Of a DNA stretch of 64,000 bases, positions 46,769 to 58,546 are shown one piece after another. The notes below the pieces were generated by a model. It was given only the letters and a program-made list of their open reading frames with translations, searched no databases and was not told the origin of the DNA. The position numbers were made by a program, and so were the translations under genes. Source of the DNA: Trichoplax adhaerens (Eukaryota; Animalia; Placozoa); contig NW_002060974.1 of NCBI RefSeq assembly GCF_000150275.1, positions 155,744 to 219,743 on the forward strand. Reading direction: 5' to 3'. Every line of letters starts with the position of its first letter. The first letter of the stretch is position 1.

Positions 46769-48571
46769 ATGAGTAACGTATCGAAATCTCCTAAAGATTA
46801 CCATAGTGACGATCTTAATGATCGTCATGGAGAAAAGGATCGAAAACAATTTAATGAAACTGTTCTTAGCCAGCGAGCTCAGAAAGCAACACCATTAGAA
46901 TCATCAAATGCTGAAGAATTACCGGTGGTCATTTATACAGCAAAGAAAATTTACACTATGAACTGCTTGCAACCAGAAGCTACCGCAATTGCTGTCCAAG
47001 GTGATCGTATTTTTGCCGTTGGATCAGAAGATAGCATCGTAACTGGTTTAAAAGCAAGAGAACAAAGCTATCAAATTAAAAGGGATTACAATGACTGCTT
47101 CTTTTACCCGGGATTTATTGAATCACACTGCCATGCCTCTTTGGAAGCATTGTATTTTCAATTTCACTACGTTGGAGCTACTGATCGAATCAAATGCGTG
47201 AATGGGACTATGGTCGAAATGAAGGGTTTTAATAGCAAGCAAAAGGTGTTAGATCATCTTCAGCAAGTTTCAGAAGCTAGCCATGAAAATATTATCGTTG
47301 CATGGGGCTATGATCCAACATTACTTCTCAATGAAGCCAGTCCTAATATTCATGCATCGGAAATCGATTTTCAGGAGGGCAAGAAAGTAGTTGTTATGAA
47401 TATGAGTGGACACATAGCCTATATTAACCATGCAGTTCTAACCGAAATAGGTTATACCGATAAGACTGACATTAAAGGTGTCATTAAAGATGAAGATGGC
47501 AATTTGACAGGAGAATTACAAGAAATGACAGCTATGGCTCCATTGTTTGGTTACTATAATGTTGATTTAGATGATTTAGTTAGGGGATTTCGTAGCTTTG
47601 CAACTGTAGCTAGCTCCAAGGGAGTTACGACACTAACCGATCTTGCTTTTGGTATTGTTAATCATACCTGGGCTGCATTACAGCAGGTTACACAAGAAAA
47701 TAACTGTCCAGTGAAAGTCAACTGTTATATGCTAAATGGTGTTTACGATCGTAGAGGTGGAGCAGATGGCTTTCGAGCATTGAAACAATCGGAGAATCCA
47801 AAGTTAAAATTAACAGGCGTCAAAATAATTTCGGATGGTTCAATACAAGGATTTACTGGCCTTATGCGATGGCCGTATTATTATACAAGTCGAGATCAAG
47901 GTCTTGCTAATATTACGCCTATTGCTCTTGATCAAACAGTACGTGAATTAGTCAGTAATGATATTCCTTGCGCTATCCATACTAATGGCGATGGTTCTAT
48001 CGAGATGGTATTAGATAGTATTGAGCGAGTAACGCGTTTTACTCCAGATCGTGATCCACGTTTTCGATTAGAACATTGCCAAACGCCTACTGAAGATCAT
48101 CTTGAAAGAATGAAACGCTACAATATTAACGCTAATTTCTTCGTAAATCATATTTATTACTGGGGAAATGTTCATAAGAATCAAACAATCGGTCCAGATC
48201 GTGTTGAATATATGAATCCTTGTGCTACAGCCAAAAAGCTTGGAATCACCTTTGCTCTTCATTCTGATTCTCCTATAACAGCGATTGATCCACTCTTGAT
48301 GATTCAAAATGCCGTTGTACGTCAAACCAAAGAAGGAAATGTTATTGGCGAAAATGAGAGAATTTGTGTTTATGACGCGTTGAGAGCGGTTACTAAAGAC
48401 GCTGCTTATTTGTTACGTGAAGAAAGGATTAAAGGGACACTTGCATTTGGAAAACTAGCCGACATAGCTATCTTAGAGAAAGATGTATTTCAAGTTGACA
48501 AGGAGGATATTCATAAAATTGTTGTGAGAGCTACATTAGTTAACGGTCGGGTTTTTGATCATCGTTCGTAG
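46769..48571 (+). CDS. Amidohydrolase-3 family metallohydrolase (YtcJ/NfdA-like), copy A, intronless, 600 aa
   Basis: Uninterrupted ORF with PGFIESHCH (HxH metal site), K..SDGSIQGFTG, AIHTNGD, RLEHCQ, HSDSP and E..KGTL..GKLADIAIL. The first ATG is at 46769; the ORF track started at a TTG. Confidence 0.93.
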   Translation: MSNVSKSPKDYHSDDLNDRHGEKDRKQFNETVLSQRAQKATPLESSNAEELPVVIYTAKKIYTMNCLQPEATAIAVQGDRIFAVGSEDSIVTGLKAREQSYQIKRDYNDCFFYPGFIESHCHASLEALYFQFHYVGATDRIKCVNGTMVEMKGFNSKQKVLDHLQQVSEASHENIIVAWGYDPTLLLNEASPNIHASEIDFQEGKKVVVMNMSGHIAYINHAVLTEIGYTDKTDIKGVIKDEDGNLTGELQEMTAMAPLFGYYNVDLDDLVRGFRSFATVASSKGVTTLTDLAFGIVNHTWAALQQVTQENNCPVKVNCYMLNGVYDRRGGADGFRALKQSENPKLKLTGVKIISDGSIQGFTGLMRWPYYYTSRDQGLANITPIALDQTVRELVSNDIPCAIHTNGDGSIEMVLDSIERVTRFTPDRDPRFRLEHCQTPTEDHLERMKRYNINANFFVNHIYYWGNVHKNQTIGPDRVEYMNPCATAKKLGITFALHSDSPITAIDPLLMIQNAVVRQTKEGNVIGENERICVYDALRAVTKDAAYLLREERIKGTLAFGKLADIAILEKDVFQVDKEDIHKIVVRATLVNGRVFDHRS

Positions 48572-49157
48572 GCTAATTTAGTTAGAAGAGATTAAATTGT
48601 GTAGACTGAGGTGTATTTAGCTAGCATAAATTAAAACAGCCAGTTCATATATAAGTAAATCTTACATTGTGACGATGATATTGCTATAAAACTATTGGTA
48701 AAATGTTGCTATGCGGATTGTAGCTACAATTGCTATGAAGAAAATTGGAGCAGGCAACTTCAGATTATTCGGTACTTCTGTCTGGAAGTCTTTCCAGTAG
48801 TCAAATTCGTCTGGAGTCGAACTGGGCATAGATATTTCTTGTATAAAAGTCGAATGAAGTTCTAATTTTCTACGAATGTTGGGAATTTTGTGATGGATTA
48901 TATAGTATCACAGATAGGTAAAGTACTTACAGTGCAGATGAAAAATAAAGTACTTCTTGAAGATTATACAAGGATGAAGTAGAATAGCATTGATATCTTA
49001 GTCCACTATTGTGCTATTATTTGCTGTGAATTAGCAACAGCATAAACCTAAGATAAATACATCAGGATCTCGCTAAGGTTTTAATAGTTTATAGATGTAA
49101 TATTCAACTGTATACATAAGAAGCATAAATAAGATGGTAATGTTATAAGAATGAATT

Positions 49158-52100
49158 TTATTCAATAAATGCGAAAATTTGATCAATCTCTGATAGTTCG
49201 CTATTACGCATTTTCTCTGTTTCGGATGAACTAGAAAGAACGAATGGATTATTTACATTGGTCTTCACAATATCGCTATCATGATTCTGTGGTTTAAAAT
49301 TTAGATTATCTCTGGGTATTTCCTTTTTAATTTGATTTATGCTCGCACCATCGGAATCAAACTGGCAGTAGCTTTGAGTATCCCACGGAAATTCTAAATG
49401 ATAATCTTTCGTTCTTCCAGATTTACAATTTCTTTTTAAGTGTCTTAATATCTTACAACGATAGGAATAATTTCTAATAAAAGCGACAGATGAGAAATTT
49501 CTGAAATGATGATGGAGGAGAAGATTTTTTGGACCTTGAAATATTGTCGTAAATGATTTCGCTTTTAGCATTTCATACAATAGTCTTGCCTCTTCCGGTG
49601 GAATTATCGTTGTGAAATCTTTACAGTTTTTTGGCGTTGTGTCCATATTATACTTTTTATGGCTGTACCGCAACATCGTGATACGTTCATTTTCGCATTC
49701 TAACTGCTGTATTAAATGGGATGACTTACTCGCCATTGACATTAACTTGGCAGACAGCAGTGGTGTAGATTTCTTTTCGGTGGCTGAGGAATTTTCGTTT
49801 TGTGAAACTGGAGAATGTGAGCCCTCACCTTGCCTGGTAAATTGCCTCTTTGGAATATTATCATCTAGTTTGTTAGAAGTGGATTTTCGGTTTCGATTAT
49901 CATCAGTAAGATTTTTGTTGGAGTCCATCAAAGCTTTATCTGATTCGGTAGAGCACAATCTTTCAATCTTTACAAAGTCAACTGGTTCTACAAGAAATAT
50001 ACAAAATATTAGACAGAGCCGTAATTAAAGATTACTTTTTTCATGCTAAAGAGCAGAACGAAATAAAAAGACTGCCTATAGTCTTTATATGGAGTTTCAT
50101 GGAACTATGACCATTTTCTTCAACGCCTTTAATTGCTGATACTACTGAAGAGTGCGAACCTTCCGCCAGCATTATGGTACACTAGAAGGAGTCTTTGTGT
50201 ATTTATAGCTACATTCACCTTCCGCATTTCATTTGCGGCAACTTTTTGTAAACATGCTGCGAGTATTGTTGTGTACTCTTCACCACATAATAAAACACAG
50301 CTTATGCATAATTTACTCAGTAGCCGTTATATCATACTAAAACTGATAATAAATTTGCTTTTTATAATGCCATGAGTTATGCGCGTTTGTTCAGTTCGTA
50401 AAAATTAGTGCGAGCAATACGAGCGGCTTATACGCGTATCGTAACTGTTGCTATTTTGACTTACAGTATATGCAGAACTCGTTGTGCTGTAAGGTGAATT
50501 TAGTTATTGCTAGCAATAAACATCTGTAGTTATCGAAATCTTCAAAAATTGGCCTATTAGTTAAGATATACATCGAGCTACAGTACTTATTGTTTAAAAA
50601 ATTCCATATCTTCCAAGGTTGATTTACATACCGCCCAAATCGATGTTATCCGTAGAGTTCTTTAATGTTTCATCCATAGCACTGCTATCTATCAAGTATT
50701 GTCCTGTGAAATTAATAATATGGATGTTACTATAAAATTAGCGTAGTTTCTGACTACGACAATATGATCGTTGTTATACACGTATGCAAAATTAAAGCCG
50801 ACTGTACAGCAATTTTCGTCAACAAGTTAATAAAATTTACCAGAACTAGCATCATTTTGGAGATACTGGCTCAAATCTGCTGGAAAATTGGCTACATCTA
50901 ACACCTAAAGGCGATATGATAAGTTTTAGTTGTAAACAATCGTTCACGATATTTTGAGGTAAAAAATTTTAAACATTATTTTCCTGGTAGTTCTCGAGAT
51001 TGTGCATAACCTTGTTTTGAGCTTTAACGGACATCCTTAGCCATTCATAGATTGTCTTGTAGGCTTGTATTGTGATATCGATTAGTTCTGTTAAACAGTT
51101 CCTGTAGATTGACAGTTACAAAAAATGTGCTACGTTCTTTATAACTAGTTTTAATGTTTAGCTGTTCAGTATATTTCAGTAGTAAGATCATTAGTCATTG
51201 GTAGAAATCTATTTTAACACAATATTTTGTTGTTGTAAGAATGCTAATTATGAATCTTGTGTATGTTATTACCTTAATCGGCTTACAATTGCTGCTGCTA
51301 ATAGGTTAAATTGGATAAATAATCCCATAGATAATTGAGAGCAGATATGTCTTATTTTAGTTAAGGAACGAATGACAGTAGAAAACCCGAAAAATACATT
51401 GAAAAAAATTGTGATCAGATTGCTAATTTTTCCATAACGGATACATAAACGTTTGTATAACCGCTTCTTGAATCTATAAGATGAAAAAAAGTCAACAACG
51501 AACATAATTATTTAGATAGTTCTAGTATGTTATACAATACTATGTATCTATTCGATATGAATACGCATATAAAGATATTGCATAAAGACATTGAATTATA
51601 ATTTAGTAATGAAAATTTATAGCATCATGTATCAGGAAAATAAGCTATCATCTGACGTATGTGTCTTCTGTAGTTAAGTAATATGGGCATTGCACTAACC
51701 TTGGAGATTAGGTACACTGCGTTTTGCAATTGCTGTGCCGTTAATTGCATTAACGAGTAAGATGGAAATTCAACGGATAGATTCCAATCGGTAGATTTAG
51801 GTAATTCTCTTAAACTTTATCGAATGCAAGATTAAAATATAATGGGATAACTTTAACATTAATCTATGATGGTAAAAATTAAGCTCGATAATCATTAAGT
51901 ACAATAACTATAGTATGAAGAGAAAACTAACTCATGTAGACGCGTGCGTGTATGTACTATATGTAAGTAACTTAGATTGATTTGATAGTACGCTTACGTT
52001 TTAAAAATCTTGATAATATCAATTTAATAAGTTACATCAATTATATCATCTATGCTACCGTATGCTTCAGTTATATTTGAGTCTATTTCAAAATTGACAT

Positions 52101-53094
52101 TTGCAGCAGGATCCTTACCTAGTTATACAAGTTAAAAAGTTATTTAATGTCGATTTCATCCTTAGATTATATAATCGTTTCGTTAATCTTTCCACCTGTC
52201 AGAATGAGAGTTTTCATAAATACAGGAGAGATTTAGCTGGTATTTTTTCGTTGCATTCAGTATTTATAAATTATAATGCGTTTATAATGTAAAATCTATC
52301 GAATTTTTACTTACCTTTTTCAAGTATTGATAATGCTTATCCCTTCTAAGTTGACTTTTATAACGATAACAAATTTTAGAAAGTATCGCCATTTCTTGCC
52401 ATACTAGTGTACTATCATATTGGTTAACAATGGTGTGGATTTTATTCCAGTCGTCTTCAACATTAATCTCTGCATGAATAGGAAGAAATGGCAGGAAAGT
52501 GAATACCGTTGGTTATAAAAGATTCTTTAACCAGTAGTAGAGTAATCTTTCAATTAATATTGCATTGTTACATTTTGGGGGAAATGCAAAATTTCCTTAA
52601 TCATGCAAGGCTGAACTTGTGATCATATCCCTGCTGGTTTCAACGGTCACTATTCTTTCATAATTAATTCTTACTCAAGAACCTGCAATTCATTGATGAT
52701 TTCTACAAGTTACCATAGCTGTAATATCAAGACACAGACTGCAGAGAATGTAGGCTAAATAACTGTCACTGTTGTATTGATTTTGTAAGCAGCAGTCAAA
52801 TGGAAGAGTTGGATTCAATCGCGATCATTAAAGGTATCGGTGGTCTACTACAGTTGCAATAGAGCTTGAATATTCAGTCGAATGTATAAACTATAGCTCA
52901 ATTAAAAGGATACTACTCTAATTTTCTAATAATTCTACTATGCTCATGAGAATACCGTCATGATCACTTTGATCAGCTCATCATTAGTTGACTAGTAAAG
53001 GTATTAAAGGCTCCATCTTGCAAGACTGACCTGAGGACACCAGTAGCTTGTACTTTCCCATCACAAGATTTTGCCATTGAATGGAGTCCATCAT
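49158..53094 (-). CDS. NEPRO: Nucleolus and neural progenitor protein (NEPRO/C3orf17; RNase MRP-associated), ~10 exons
   Basis: The exon at 52469-52315 reads ...VWQEMAILSKICYRYKSQLRRDKHYQYLKK, followed by VERLTKRLYNL, QLSMGLFIQFNLLAAAIVSRLR, FPADLSQYL and DNIDLG|EPV splicing into the last exon (49987-49158), which ends EIDQIFAFIE*. These match the NEPRO/DUF4477 blocks and its C-terminal DIDDIF motif. Exon 1 (53094-53031) is tentative. Confidence 0.8.
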
Positions 53095-53489
53095 CGTGGA
53101 AAAACAGGCGATCAGTTTATTATGTAACCTTAGAGCAGCCGATGTGCATTAGTCTATTAATGCTGGAAAATAAGAGATATTGAAGCTGGTCTCCTGAAAG
53201 TTGCAGCTTGCTTGTGCAATTAGCTTCCTTCTCCAGGCATGGCTGATCGATTTGTTGTGCTTACGCCTAGTATGTATGTAATATAGTGTACCATACCATT
53301 CAAATGTATACAGGCAATTATATGAAATATACAGGTAAAGACTGCTGTTGCTCCATTTATATAATGATATACTGTACAGTATTAGACACTATATTATGTA
53401 CAGTACTAATACACTTTGAATCCAATGGCCGGCCCATGGAATGGAGGCTGTTAATCAACTAATGGCGATATATATTTTGAGTAGCATTG

Positions 53490-54360
53490 GTTGTCGAGTT
53501 TCTGAAGAAGGATTGGACTTTTGCCATCAAAATGGAGGCCCAATGCAACCATTTTCTCTGCTTTCTTTCCATCCATTTCAGCTAGGACTCTAGCTATATA
53601 TGAAAGCGAAGCACAGTGATAATGATGTATATCATCAGTTGAAGATGGTGCGATATTTGGACCGTCTTGAGGATGAGAAAAATAGAATTTACTCTAAGTG
53701 AGATAAATGAAATCATCTTCTCTTCTTTTATTGAATTTATTATTATTTCTTCTAGCAAAATGATGATTTGAGTATGAAAGTGCTTAGCTGTGATTCTATA
53801 TGTAGCCTAAGTGCAGTGATAATAATCAGCTGATTGAGGTACACACTTTGACCGTCTTTGGTTGGGCAGTTTTCGAGCATGAGCTCGTCAAAATGGAGGT
53901 TAGATGCAATCATCTCTTCATTTCTACTAGCAAAGTGATGATTTCAGGGTAGAAATGCTCAGCTCTAGCTTTATATACTAGCCTAGGCATAGTAATAATT
54001 AGCTGATTCAGATACCTACGTGTATGTTGACAGTTTTGGGGTCGCGGAGTTTTAGAAGGGGAATTTGATTTTTGTCGTCAAAATGGAAGTAAAATGCAAC
54101 CATCTCTTCATTTCTATTAGCAAAGTGACGATTTCAGGGTAGAAATGCTTAGCTCTAGCTATATATACAAGCATAAGCATAGTAATAATTAGCTGATTAA
54201 GATACCTGTTTTGACAGTTTTGGGGTCGCAGAGTTTTAGTAGGGGAATTCGACTTTTGTCGTCAAAATGGAAGTAAAATGCAATCATCTTCTTTCATTGA
54301 ATTCATTTTTTCTGCTAGTAATGATTTCCGTACAGAAGGGCTCAGTTCTAGCGATATATT
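53490..54360. repeat. Tandem array of ~5 diverged 180-190 bp units upstream of NEPRO
   Basis: tcaaaatgga.g....atgcaa.cat occurs at 53527, 53888, 54078 and 54262, with a degenerate unit at ~53705. Confidence 0.88.
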
Positions 54361-57159
54361 TCAGTATAGCATGCTGTAGTAATAAATTGGTCGTGGCAAT
54401 CCAAGATTACATCTATAACGCCTGTTTGATAATTTGGTCTTGATGCGAAAATAGCATTAAATCATTTGCATAGTTGTTAAGCTCCAAGTTATTTTAGGAC
54501 ACATTTTAAGCAATTAACTGAAATAGATTGGATAAATACGAGCCTAGAACGACTTGTTGCGATAACTTTCTATCACGAAGTGACTTTTTCTATCAAATGC
54601 TTATCTTTTTTTCCTTAGATAACATACCGTTATCTATGATGTTATACATACTTTTAATAATAGATAACTGCATAGTTTTATAATAATATTATCTATAAAC
54701 TGATAATCAATTAATGTTTTATATCGATTTACTAGAAATTGAATGACTATTTAACTAAGTTGACGATAGGAGATCGTCAGTAGTTACAGTCGTACTGTAG
54801 GTAAATGCCTGGGAGGACAAGCCTGACAGTAGACTTATAGCGTAATTTTTAGAATAGTTTGAATTTTTCCTTATTATAAATTTCGATTTGTAACACTTTC
54901 ACTACATCATGTCGCTCGTTATTATGAGTTACCTGTTGCAACGAATGCGTTTAATATTACCCATAATTAATCGACAATACGCTTTCTTAAGCACCGATGA
55001 CGATTCTACCTCACTTAGTGCTTTACTTCATATCATTATCACACTTTCAACACACATTACTACCATCATTAGCCGAAATCACTACAACAATCAATGTAAT
55101 TTTAAGTGAGAATGATGGTTGTTGTATTTGACTACAATTTTTAAGGACGACAGAATTTAAAGACGATCAAGGTGATACAAAAAGGAGTATTAGCTTCCTT
55201 GAAGAAGATAGTCTATCATGGGTTGGTGTAAATAATAACCTCATCCGACGGTACCTCTAGCGATCACTTATGCTATAGAAGAAATTATGAAACTATTCTA
55301 TTTTAATTTTGAGCCTTCTATCGAATAGTAATTCACCATAACATCATTACTTTAGTATAATTTAAATTGTAGGCTCCAGATTAGTAATTTGAAGATCGAT
55401 CTATTAAAGACTTGAATATGAACTGAATTATTGTCAATCTAGTCAAGTAGATCTCCTAATTGAATCAATAGTACAGTATCAACGCTTTTTCCTATTTTTA
55501 AACTTTATCGTTGATCATGTGCAGAGAGGCATAATAATTTAATGTTGTGACCTTTTAGCGGGGTAATATTTGCATCTATGGTACGATTATGCTCGACATA
55601 GTTTTTTGCATCTTAACTATAAATCTGATCATTCAGTGGAATAGTATGCGCAGATTTTTACTTATAATTGTTTCATTTACTTTAGTAGAGATTGAATTGA
55701 TAGATTTTCCGAAATTGTCTCGTTTTCTAAAATTAAATACATGATATAATATTACTACGAGTATATACGTATGATTCTACAAAAATTTCATCCTTAATTT
55801 ATTTACTCCATCCCGATATCTTCTAACTTATGATAGGATGGTTCGAGGACAATTGCCATCGAATCATATACAGCAACGGTAGTAAAATAGTTTGATTAGA
55901 TTAATTTATTTCAATTTTTACACACATGAACTAATTATAATCCCAAATCAAATTAAAATTGCAGCAAATAATCATATGAAAGAGTCTAAGTCTTTGTTAT
56001 GAATTCATTTAAAGAGCCGTGTCTACAATTGTGAAGGCATTTAAAAGTAATTATAATTTTTCTGCAGATTTTATTTATTGGCCTGCGTAATTGTTTATAT
56101 ATCCTAGTCAAAAATTGCTAGCGGCTTAGATTGCCAGGCCGAGCTAAAGACCGTAGCGATATAGCTAAAGCAAATAATATTTAATAGAAGGAATGACGGC
56201 AGACACTCTTCAATCAAATCCGTGGCATTATCTGCCTAAGAGTTTATGAACTACCGCTAAATGTATTCAGTAACTTTCCACTCCCACTCCAACCGCATCT
56301 ACAAGCTTGTACCCACCTATCCGAGTTAAATACTACAACTAAACTCCTCCTATATTCTTTCTTATAACTACTTTCAAAAGACTTTGAAAACTGGTTTAAA
56401 GTTGTTTTCTGGCTTAATTTTATTATTGTCTAAAGGGTTCCTATAGTTCTTGTTCAGATATAAACCAAAACGGTCCTTGAAACGGAAAAATTAACAAACC
56501 ATAATATTTTGATAAATGTAGAGTAATTTAGACTAGGACAACAGATTTTACAATATGACTGTAGTGATGCTGTTAGATAAGTTGTTGCTGTCAACATGTT
56601 ATATAGAAGTAAATTAGATATAACTTATAAATAATACCAGATCTAGAGCTGTTAATAATAATTGGTGCGAGTATACATGCATATTGTTTATGATAATTCA
56701 AGGACGCATACATTGATTTTAGCTTCGTAGAATGGAATAGTAAACTTAGAATTTATTCTTATACTAAGTTCTGCAGGTGTTGAGTGATCTTATTCGCAAT
56801 CTTTATATTGTAAACAAGTTAGGTAACGCATTGAAGCAGCTACATATTTCTGTCGTTATTGTTCTCAGTCCTTCCTTTTTATCCAAATCTGCTGATGTAA
56901 GAAATTTTTCTCTTTTCTGTCAGAGCTTGTTATACTATTACTCAAGGTAGTGTCTCAATTATTAGAGAATCGGTAATAAAATCGCTTATTATAAAGTTCT
57001 ACGCATAATCTACCCACTGAGTAGAGTTAGTAGAACAGAGTTAGTAGAAATGATCATAAAATTTCTTTAGCTATGTACATAAGCTAATGTTATTAATAGC
57101 ACGTACGATTAATTGATTTAAAATCAGAATCACTACCTACATCGAGGTATAGCTTAGAG

Positions 57160-58430
57160 CCCCCAGACAATTGCCAATTAGACAATTTTGCCACCTAGGT
57201 GGCAAAGGTAGGAGGTAATTGACCGGGGGCAATTATCCCAGAACTGGTATGTATATTGCTAACTTGCTAAATAAAATTGACAGGACTGCCTTAATATCGC
57301 CTGATAGATTGCATCGTTCTTTATACTATCAAAGAGAAGGTTTATGTGTGATGGCTATTGAATCAAAGCTGAAAAGAATTACCAATAAAAAAAGGGAGCA
57401 ATTGTCCTAGAACTGGTATATATATGCTGCTAACTTGATAAATAAGATTAACTGAATTACCTTCATGTCACATGATAGATTGTATCATTCTTTATACTAT
57501 ACAGAAAAGAGAAGAAAGTTTTGTATATAACGGCTATAGAATCAAAGCTAAAAGGAATTACCTACAAAAATTGCTTCAATGTGTGCAACTGTCCGTATAA
57601 ACAACTTTTTAATGTCAAGACTTTGGTAGTTCCAAGACTGCAGAACCCTTTATATTAGAAAAGAGAAGAAAATTTTATTTCTGACAGTTATAGAATCAAA
57701 ACTGAAAGGAATTGATAACAAAAAATTTGCTTTATATATATAACTGCTTATATGGAATAACTTTTCAATGTCAAGACTTTAGCAGTTCTAAAGTTGGCAA
57801 TTTTTTATCAGTAATTTCTTTCAGCTTTGATTCTATAGATGTCATATATAAAACCTTCTTCTCTTTTATTTATATTCTAGTACAAAAGGATGAATAAAAT
57901 CAGATAGCTATGAAGGGTTAGACAATTCTTTTGAGGTCACGTTTGCATTTTATTATTTCTTTGGAGAGCTGCGTTAACGTAGATTAATTTAATTAAAAAA
58001 ATCCTTTAGATTCACGCATTATACTCTCTATACTTTGTTTTTGTAATTATATGAATAAAGTATTTATCAGTGCGAATTTTAATTTTTGATTACAATTGAA
58101 AACGAAATTTTGTTTCAGTTTGAATATGGAGCCATTTGATTCTAGAAATTACCATGATAAGCTAAAGAGTCGAGTAAAACTGGTGGACGTTCTTTTACTT
58201 TTCAATTTTAACGTTTCTCTGAGATAAAATATCCTTAGTTGATTATTTTCAGCCATATAGGAGCTAATGCTTGTTAATTAAAGGTGACATATTTTCAATG
58301 GGCTTTTGTGTATCGCGTCTAATTGATGGTTCTAGGACAATTATCCTCGGACTATTATCGAGGTGGCAATTGCCGGAGGAGGGGGAGTGGAGGGCTAAGG
58401 GAGGGTATATATATTGCTGATTTACTCAAT
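57160..58430. mobile_element. Degenerate foldback / MITE-like non-autonomous element cluster
   Basis: Perfect 20-bp palindrome tttgccacct|aggtggcaaa at 57188-57207. gcaatt(a/g)tcc(c/t)agaactggtat occurs at ~57229 and ~57398, with its inverse ggttctaggacaatt at ~58329. Three direct copies and one inverted copy of an ~80-bp unit (aagagaag...ctatagaatcaaagct.aaaggaattac) are present. No transposase was found. Confidence 0.5.
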
Positions 58431-58546
58431 AAATTTCGGATTGTTGGATCGCTTCCTGTGTTATATTTGACTGTTTCCGCGACATTTTAAACTTTTGTAA
58501 TTTTTTTTCACGTTGAAATAAGGTTCCAATTTAGTGTTTTAACATC

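Noticed and set aside
49612-50028. 138-aa + strand ORF, and similar antisense ORFs at 48068-48325, 59846-60040, 39063-39353, 21745-21939 and 22198-22533
   Set aside because: They are antisense shadows of real coding exons.
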